Shown here: one piece after another, positions 58,156-64,000 of the stretch
How the letters are laid out: every line of letters begins with the position of its first letter
Position numbering within the stretch: position 1 is the stretch's first letter
Origin: Candidatus Omnitrophota bacterium
GTDB lineage: Bacteria; Omnitrophota; Gorgyraeia; Gorgyraeales; Gorgyraeaceae
Direction: 5' to 3'
NCBI GenBank assembly: GCA_030649895.1
Contig: JAUSEX010000030.1
Coordinates: 592 to 64,591, forward strand
Length of the DNA stretch: 64,000 nt
Notes under the pieces: generated by a model
Told to the model about the DNA's origin: nothing
Seen by the model: only the letters and a program-made list of their open reading frames with translations
Databases searched by the model: none
Position numbers and translations under genes: made by a program

Positions 58156-58847
58156 CAAAATTCGAAACGTTGTTCGGCATAAAAGAATCCGAGGTGAAAA
58201 ATACATGCGTGCTGATGCCTCTGATACCTAAAGGTTCGTTGGAATGCCTCGGCGTAAAAAAATTTTCCAAAGGCAGGGTGTATTCTTCTGGCAATTCATC
58301 CTCTTTTACTCTGATAAATACGCTCATGGGCGCAGCGTTCACAGGAGACGCGGCGCTCTATCTCAGCCAGACAAATTGTAAAAACCTCATCCTTTTCGGC
58401 TCATGCGGCCTCGTAAAACCATGCGAAAACCTTGATATAGGAAGCCTTGTGGCGCCTATTGAATGCTATTCCATGGAAAGCTTCTCGGACCTGTTATTAC
58501 AAGACCATAAATTTAAGACATTTTATCCGGACGACGGCCTGTTAAGATCATTTTTAAAAACTAACACATCGGTCCTGGAAGTAAACTGCGCGACCCTGGG
58601 CTCTTTAAAGCTGGAAGAAGACTACCTGAGCTTGTTTTCAGAAAAAAATATCCAGGTGGTGGATATGGAATGTTCGGGTTTCTTCTCGGCAGCCACCCAG
58701 AAAAATCTTAAGGCCATGGCGATCTTCTACATCTCTGACATAATAAACGAAAAACCTTTTTACAGCCCTCTCATCGATGAAGACCGGGTAAGGCTATCGT
58801 CTTCTATTAAAGAAGGCATATATTCCATATGCAACTTCATAAAATAG
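58152..58847 (+). CDS. PNP/UDP-1 phosphorylase-superfamily protein, MTA/SAH-nucleosidase (futalosine-hydrolase)-like
   Basis: VDMECSGFFSAA resembles the MTAN catalytic region. ATGA-coupled to the upstream DUF362 gene. Confidence 0.45.
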   Translation: MTKFETLFGIKESEVKNTCVLMPLIPKGSLECLGVKKFSKGRVYSSGNSSSFTLINTLMGAAFTGDAALYLSQTNCKNLILFGSCGLVKPCENLDIGSLVAPIECYSMESFSDLLLQDHKFKTFYPDDGLLRSFLKTNTSVLEVNCATLGSLKLEEDYLSLFSEKNIQVVDMECSGFFSAATQKNLKAMAIFYISDIINEKPFYSPLIDEDRVRLSSSIKEGIYSICNFIK

Positions 58848-60127
58848 CCTCTTATTTTCCATGCTTCGGCGTAAACAAAAGACAGGAAATCGAACGGCTT
58901 GTTTACGAAATATCCAAAAGAGACAAAATAAGCCCGGAAAAAATACTCAGTCCTGTTTATTCCGATAATTTCGAATCTTTAAAAAACAGGCTTATCAAAA
59001 TAAGATTTCCGTACGCCTCCAAATATAACAAGACTATAAGGCCATACCTGCCTAAGATAGCGATAAAACCTGCCGATAAGTTTAATCCCGGAGATTCGGA
59101 GTTCAACCCCGCCAGGATATTTATCGAAAAATCAGCTGCTTCATCCGGCCTTAAAAACAACTTCAGAAAATCTTTCCCTGAAGCGAAATTTACGGAAATA
59201 TCCTCGCTGAAAGACTTTATCCGGGACAATAAAACATCAGGCCCGTCCTCTTACAACAAAAGGCGCGACAATGTTTTTATCACAAATGAAAAATATGACT
59301 TCTTTAAAAAATGCCCATGCACAAAAGGCGCAGTCGGATGCGGATATCATATATTTAACCTGGGTTTCGGCTGCGTATTTGACTGCACATACTGCTACCT
59401 CCAGGAATATAACAATGCGCCCGGGCTTATATTCCCTGCGAATATCAATAAATTTTTCGAAAGATTCAGGCGCTACAAAAAACTAAAGATGCGCATCGGA
59501 ACAGGAGAATTTTCAGACTCGCTGATGCTGGACCATATAACAGAATATTCTGTAGATATAATAGAATTTTTTAATAAGCATGAGGATGTTACTTTTGAAT
59601 TCAAAACAAAAAGCGCGAATATATATAATATTTTAAAATCAAGGCATTCAGGAAATATCGTAGTCTCCTGGTCTTTAAATCCTCAGGGCATAATAGACAA
59701 AAACGAATTTTTTACAGCGTCTTTGAGCGAGAGGCTGGACTCAGCTGAAAAATGCGCCCAGGCAGGCTACAAGGTAGGGTTTCATTTTGATCCTGTGATT
59801 TATTTTAATGGATGGGAGAAAGAATACCAAAGCGTAATAGACTTATTATTCAATAAAATAAACCCCAAAGATATAGCGTGGATAAGCATGGGCACATTCA
59901 GGCTTAAGCCTGAATTAAAACCACTGATAGAAAACCGTTTTCCGGATAACAAGATTCTGGACGAGGAACTTTTGGCGGGGTATGATAATAAATTAAGGTA
60001 TCCTTACGGCCTGAGATACACTATATATAAAAGTCTGCTCAATAGCTTTAAAAAATATTCTAAAAAGCTTCCGATCTATCTCTGCATGGAAGAAATTTCT
60101 ATCTGGCAAGACCTTAAGTCCGCCTGA
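58829..60127 (+). CDS. Spore-photoproduct-lyase-like radical SAM enzyme with a roughly 170-aa N-terminal extension
   Basis: GCVFDCTYCYLQ closely matches the SplB cluster motif (C-x-x-D/H-C-x-Y-C-Y-L-Q). Confidence 0.55.
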   Translation: MQLHKIASYFPCFGVNKRQEIERLVYEISKRDKISPEKILSPVYSDNFESLKNRLIKIRFPYASKYNKTIRPYLPKIAIKPADKFNPGDSEFNPARIFIEKSAASSGLKNNFRKSFPEAKFTEISSLKDFIRDNKTSGPSSYNKRRDNVFITNEKYDFFKKCPCTKGAVGCGYHIFNLGFGCVFDCTYCYLQEYNNAPGLIFPANINKFFERFRRYKKLKMRIGTGEFSDSLMLDHITEYSVDIIEFFNKHEDVTFEFKTKSANIYNILKSRHSGNIVVSWSLNPQGIIDKNEFFTASLSERLDSAEKCAQAGYKVGFHFDPVIYFNGWEKEYQSVIDLLFNKINPKDIAWISMGTFRLKPELKPLIENRFPDNKILDEELLAGYDNKLRYPYGLRYTIYKSLLNSFKKYSKKLPIYLCMEEISIWQDLKSA

Positions 60128-60141
60128 CAGGCGGACTTAAG
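60109..60141. terminator. Perfect 14-bp-stem hairpin (accttaagtccgcc-tgaca-ggcggacttaaggt) overlapping the stop codons of both convergent genes
   Basis: Read directly from the sequence. A candidate bidirectional terminator. Confidence 0.6.
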
Positions 60142-61549
60142 GTAAAACCTTTATAGCTCTTTCAGGCCGCGTGGGGCACTTATTCTGGCAAATCCCGCAT
60201 CCCACGCATAAAGAAATATCCACGTAAGGCTTGCGAATCTTTTTTCCCGCAATCGTTTCTTCATAGGTCTTGATAGCTTTGCTGGCTACGGGACAATGTT
60301 CTTCGCACACGATACATTCTCTATTCTGCGACAATGGGAGGCATATATTTTTATCAATAATCGCCGAGCCAAGTTTTTGCTCCTTTTTTTGAGCCAAGCT
60401 TAAATTAGGTATTGCGCCTGCGGGGCAAACTTGTCCGCAAAGATTACAATTATATTCGCAATATCCTATCTCAGGCACAAGATGAGGCGCCCATATGCCT
60501 GCGAGGCCTGATTCGAATATCGCAGGCTGCAGGCCGTTGGTCGGGCAGATCTTCATGCAATTACCGCACCTTATGCATTTATTTAAAAATTCATGCTCAT
60601 TTTTAACCCCAGGCGGCCTGATAAGCTTTTTTTTAGCAGAGCCTTCCCTTCCCTTAAACCCTAAGAATAAAAACGAGGACGCTATCAAAAATAAAAAATC
60701 TTTGCGCGATATAGAACCTTCGCTTCCGGAGCGCTTTGCGGTATTTTTAATGGGCCAGGAAAATTTTGTGGCCAGATCAGGGCAATCATATATACAATCC
60801 ATACAAAGGATGCACTCTTCTTTTCTATAGCCCGAGTCTTCTTTTATAGCGGACATACGGCAGTTGATGCTGCATCTCATACAATGCATGCATTTATCAA
60901 TATGCCTGCTCAACAAACAAAACCTCGCGGTAAGCGCGTATATCGCTCCAAGCGGGCAAAGGATGCGGCACCAGAATCTTTTTGTTATAAGCGCAAGCCC
61001 GCAGATTATAACAAAAAAACTTAAAGTGATAAATGAATGCGGGAAATAAAATATCTTTGTCCCAAGTATTGATAATTTCAGCATGCGGTAAAAATCATAG
61101 AGCGGCGTGTAAAAATTAAGACCCTTTATAAGAAAAATAAACGCCTTGTCCATGGCCAGGGTAAAAGACGGTATAAAATTTAAAGAAATAAACCTTGCTG
61201 TGATAACAAGCGGGTCAAAAATCCATACAATCTGAATACCTATAAACGCAAAAACAACAATAAGGCCCAGGATAAAATACTTAATATTTCTGAAAAGGCC
61301 CATATCCCTGTTTTTCGCTTTTATTCCGCATGCATCAATAATAGTCCCGAGCGGGCAAACCCATCCGCAAAAAAATCTTCCTATTATAAAGGTCATGGCG
61401 AGCATCGTCAAAGAAAACAGGCTGAATACCGAGACCAGCGGGTCTATTTTAAAAAACGCGGCTGCGTGCGGGGTCAGCCACAAAAGATAAATAAATAACA
61501 TCAGAAAAGATATCTGGCTAAGCCTTCTGAATAAAATTAATTTTTTCAT
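60137..61549 (-). CDS. Membrane-bound polyferredoxin, NapH/MauN-like
   Basis: N-terminal TM helices with CxxC, plus multiple CxxCxxCxxxCP ferredoxin motifs (CIRCGNCMKICP, CVGCGICQNKCP). Confidence 0.6.
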   Translation of the reverse strand: MKKLILFRRLSQISFLMLFIYLLWLTPHAAAFFKIDPLVSVFSLFSLTMLAMTFIIGRFFCGWVCPLGTIIDACGIKAKNRDMGLFRNIKYFILGLIVVFAFIGIQIVWIFDPLVITARFISLNFIPSFTLAMDKAFIFLIKGLNFYTPLYDFYRMLKLSILGTKIFYFPHSFITLSFFVIICGLALITKRFWCRILCPLGAIYALTARFCLLSRHIDKCMHCMRCSINCRMSAIKEDSGYRKEECILCMDCIYDCPDLATKFSWPIKNTAKRSGSEGSISRKDFLFLIASSFLFLGFKGREGSAKKKLIRPPGVKNEHEFLNKCIRCGNCMKICPTNGLQPAIFESGLAGIWAPHLVPEIGYCEYNCNLCGQVCPAGAIPNLSLAQKKEQKLGSAIIDKNICLPLSQNRECIVCEEHCPVASKAIKTYEETIAGKKIRKPYVDISLCVGCGICQNKCPTRPERAIKVLP

Positions 61550-61550
61550 C

Positions 61551-62537
61551 CTAAACCTTAATAGTCAATATGTCCGCCTTGGCAATTTCAGCGTAGTCGC
61601 CTTTTCCCAGGTCATGCTTGACAGCGTAATCCACATAGCTCACGGATAAAGGTTCAACCCCCATTAATACGCACGCGTACGAGTCGCACAATACAGGGTC
61701 CGTGCCCACTATCAGGGTTTTCATATCTACAACATCTTCAAGATTTCCTCCTGTTGGCCCGTTTTTCTTAAGCACCCTATAAGCGTCTATTACTGCAAGG
61801 TCTGGTTTTATGAAATCCGTGAGATGCGCCAGTTTTATCCCCATGTCAAAGTGTATCAACCCTCTATTGCCGCTACAAACCCCCATCAGATTTTTCATGG
61901 ACAGCGTAAGGCCGGCGAGACGGTGATGCTTTAACACGGGTACATTTATAAATGTGTCGCATTCCAGGGCATCCCTGAAAACAGGCCATCCTTCCATAGG
62001 ACTCTGGTAATCAAACCTTGCCTTCACTACGTTCCAGTCATCGGGAGAATAGACATTAGCGCCTTTTTCCTTTGCAATCTTTTCTATGCCGCTATTTTTA
62101 TAACAGCGCTTTGGGTCGTTACAGGGGTTATCGAATACATTTACCCTTTTTGCGCCTGAGTTAAAGCACATATCCACAAGCGCTCCGACAACCTGAGGGT
62201 TTGTATTGGCTGCCTGTTCAGGAGTACGGTCCCACCCTATATTAGGCTTTATAAGCACAACGCTATTTTTCTTTACAAATTTATCCATCCCTCCTATCGC
62301 TTCCATTGCTTTCATTGTCATTAGATAAGGGTCATCGCCTTTTGCCACAACCAGATCATGCAGGCCTTTTATTTTTTTAACTGTCCTTCCCGTAGAAATT
62401 TCCTCTTTGCCAAACGCGAATTTAAATAAGGCGTTATTTAACATAAGGCTTCCCGCGCCTATCCCGCATAGCTTTAAAAATCCTTTTCTTGTAATTTTTT
62501 TCTTAGGAAGTCGTTCAAATATTGATTCTACTTTCAT
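61551..62537 (-). CDS. Tat-signal DUF362 protein
   Basis: TRKGFLKLCGIGAG twin-arginine-like signal (RK variant) followed by a DUF362 domain. Confidence 0.5.
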   Translation of the reverse strand: MKVESIFERLPKKKITRKGFLKLCGIGAGSLMLNNALFKFAFGKEEISTGRTVKKIKGLHDLVVAKGDDPYLMTMKAMEAIGGMDKFVKKNSVVLIKPNIGWDRTPEQAANTNPQVVGALVDMCFNSGAKRVNVFDNPCNDPKRCYKNSGIEKIAKEKGANVYSPDDWNVVKARFDYQSPMEGWPVFRDALECDTFINVPVLKHHRLAGLTLSMKNLMGVCSGNRGLIHFDMGIKLAHLTDFIKPDLAVIDAYRVLKKNGPTGGNLEDVVDMKTLIVGTDPVLCDSYACVLMGVEPLSVSYVDYAVKHDLGKGDYAEIAKADILTIKV

Positions 62538-63259
62538 ACCTTCCTCCTGACTATCCGTGACGCCAGTATGCCTGCTTCATAAAGCGCAAGCATAGGGATA
62601 GCAAATATCAGCATGTTCACGATATCCTGCGTAGGCGTAATAATTGCCGCTATTATAAAGATCGCCACTATGGCGTATTTTCTGTTTTTCCTGAAAAATT
62701 CCGCATTCAATATTCCGATATACGACAAAAGCGCCATAATAACCGGTATCTGGAATATCCCGGCTCCTATCAAAAGCAAGGCCCCTGCAAATGAAAAATA
62801 TTTATCTATGCTTATCATGGGCACTGCCGCGCCGTTCGCGAAACTGATAAGAAACTTAAGCGCAAAAGGCAGCGCCAGAAAGTAAGAAAATATTATGCCC
62901 AGTATTGAAAGCAGGAATGATATTATCAGCCAGCTTGCTATGGCCTCCCTTTGATCCTGCTGCACCGCGGGCATTAAAAATAACCCTATTTGGAATAAAA
63001 TAAAAGGCAGGGAAATCATAAAACCTGCCAGGATAGAAAGCCTCAGATACGTTGTAAAAACTTCCGTAGGGGATGTAAATATAAAATTTTCTATTATGCC
63101 TAAAGCCGGTAATCTCAGGATATCAGATATTTTATTCACAAAAGTAAAAGAAAAAATAGCGGCCAGTACAAAAAAAACTAGGCTCGCGATAATCCGCTTG
63201 CGCAACTCTTCCAGATGCTCTATGATTGACATCTTGTTTGGATATATGTCAGTAGCCAT
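62534..63259 (-). CDS. tatC: Twin-arginine translocase subunit TatC
   Basis: Six TM helices and a conserved N-terminal helix (HLEELRKR). Confidence 0.8.
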   Translation of the reverse strand: MATDIYPNKMSIIEHLEELRKRIIASLVFFVLAAIFSFTFVNKISDILRLPALGIIENFIFTSPTEVFTTYLRLSILAGFMISLPFILFQIGLFLMPAVQQDQREAIASWLIISFLLSILGIIFSYFLALPFALKFLISFANGAAVPMISIDKYFSFAGALLLIGAGIFQIPVIMALLSYIGILNAEFFRKNRKYAIVAIFIIAAIITPTQDIVNMLIFAIPMLALYEAGILASRIVRRKV

Positions 63260-63366
63260 TTTTTATCCTTTCAATTTAAAAGATATGGGTATATTATAGT
63301 ATAATATACAAGGTTTGAGAATTAAAAAGAGTTCCTTTCTCCGGCACCTTTAAAAACTGGGCACCT

Positions 63367-63399
63367 GGGATAAAATTTTGTTTCACAAAATTTGGGAGG
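63367..63399 (+). promoter_or_regulatory. Recurrent dyad leader cassette with perfect 9-3-9 arms
   Basis: GGGATAAAATTTTGTTTCACAAAATTTGGGAGGcgtttATG. Confidence 0.5.
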
Positions 63400-63404
63400 C
63401 GTTT

Positions 63405-63530
63405 ATGGCTGTAAAAAAAATCGGTGAAAAGTACAGGTGTAATGTCTGCGGCAATGAAGTGATTGTCACAAAGGCGGGCGGCGGAGAGCTGGTGTGCTGC
63501 AACCAGCCCATGGAAAAAACAGCAGGTTAA
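63405..63530 (+). CDS. dsr: Desulforedoxin-like small Fe(Cys)4 protein (41 aa), missed by the ORF cutoff
   Basis: MAVKKIGEKYRCNVCGNEV…GGGELVCCNQPM has the Dx CxxC…CC signature. Confidence 0.75.
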   Translation: MAVKKIGEKYRCNVCGNEVIVTKAGGGELVCCNQPMEKTAG

Positions 63531-64000
63531 ACTAACTGAACGTCTATTATATTCAAAGCCTTCCCTGCCAGGCCGAAAAATTCTTCTCTTTTTACAGGTA
63601 ATATTTTTACGGCCTTGCCATTTATAGAGATATTGCCTATCTTATACTCGCCGTAATCGAGATTATCCGGATTGAAATAATTTACCCGTATAGTTTTACC
63701 AGCAAAAGTCGTATTGACTGAAATTTTTTTGGATTTTCCGAACTGCGACTTCATCAGCTTCGGATCTATCGCGAGGCTGCCCATGTCCCCTCTTACCCCG
63801 AATACCTGGGTAAGCATGGTAAATAAAAACCAGCTGGCTGAGCCGGTCAAATAATGATACATGCCCCTGCCCTCGGAATTAAAGTACTCTGGGATGCCCG
63901 GATAAATCTTACTGATGCCGGTATTCAGGCACATATTGCCTATGGAATTTATAACCTCGTGCCCTTCCCTGACAAATCCCCTCTTATAAAGCGCATACGC
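63527..64000 (-). CDS. C-terminal fragment of a GH94/GH65-like glycoside phosphorylase/hydrolase. 5'-partial; it continues past the window end.
   Basis: C-terminal beta-sandwich pattern (GSASWF…) like that of the 12122-15373 protein. Reading frame open to position 64000. Confidence 0.4.
   Translation of the reverse strand, partial: AYALYKRGFVREGHEVINSIGNMCLNTGISKIYPGIPEYFNSEGRGMYHYLTGSASWFLFTMLTQVFGVRGDMGSLAIDPKLMKSQFGKSKKISVNTTFAGKTIRVNYFNPDNLDYGEYKIGNISINGKAVKILPVKREEFFGLAGKALNIIDVQLV

Noticed and set aside
1-64000. Search for tRNA, rRNA or tmRNA genes, CRISPR repeats, IS/transposase or integrase genes
   Set aside because: No GGTTCGAATCC-type T-arm signatures were found. No tandem direct repeats with unique spacers. 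No transposase or integrase-like ORFs, and no obvious terminal inverted repeats flanking gene blocks. The window appears to be core chromosome.

Overview
This is a low-GC (roughly high-30s %), gene-dense bacterial chromosomal window from what looks like a strict or aerotolerant anaerobe. No rRNA, tRNA, CRISPR array, IS element or prophage could be recognised by eye. The content is mostly housekeeping and redox genes. There is a large oxidative/nitrosative-stress island: 8-oxoG glycosylase, glutaredoxin, iron-sulfur flavoprotein, rubrerythrin, the FprA flavodiiron protein with its Hrb-like flavin-reductase–rubredoxin partner, then a hybrid-cluster-protein operon under an Rrf2 regulator. A second detox cluster carries superoxide reductase, rubredoxin and Tpx next to a KorAB 2-oxoacid:ferredoxin oxidoreductase. 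Also present: a split FeoB with a DtxR–FeoA regulator; two TrxB copies; ZIP, ArsB/NhaD and ArsP-like permeases; glycan-degrading enzymes (GH5 plus giant GH94-like proteins); a polyamine module with two divergent homospermidine-synthase-like paralogs and a carboxynorspermidine-decarboxylase-like enzyme; a Tat-dependent DUF362/NapH-like polyferredoxin operon; and a compact cluster of three radical-SAM enzymes (one B12-dependent, two SplB-like), a DUF362–ferredoxin protein and an MTAN-like nucleosidase behind a PAS–HD-GYP gene. Features not explained by ordinary annotation: (1) a roughly 33-bp dyad-symmetric leader cassette, GGAT(C/A)-AAATTTTGY-N3-RCAAAATTT-GGGAGG-N4-5-ATG, placed in identical register in front of at least six unrelated genes; (2) a perfect 21-bp-arm GC-rich palindrome embedded in frame inside a radical-SAM fusion gene; (3) a repeated intercistronic hairpin built on CGCTTCGTAAGTG inside two redox operons; and (4) several real small genes missed by the 60-aa ORF cutoff (rubredoxin, desulforedoxin, a transporter small subunit, Cys-rich peptides).
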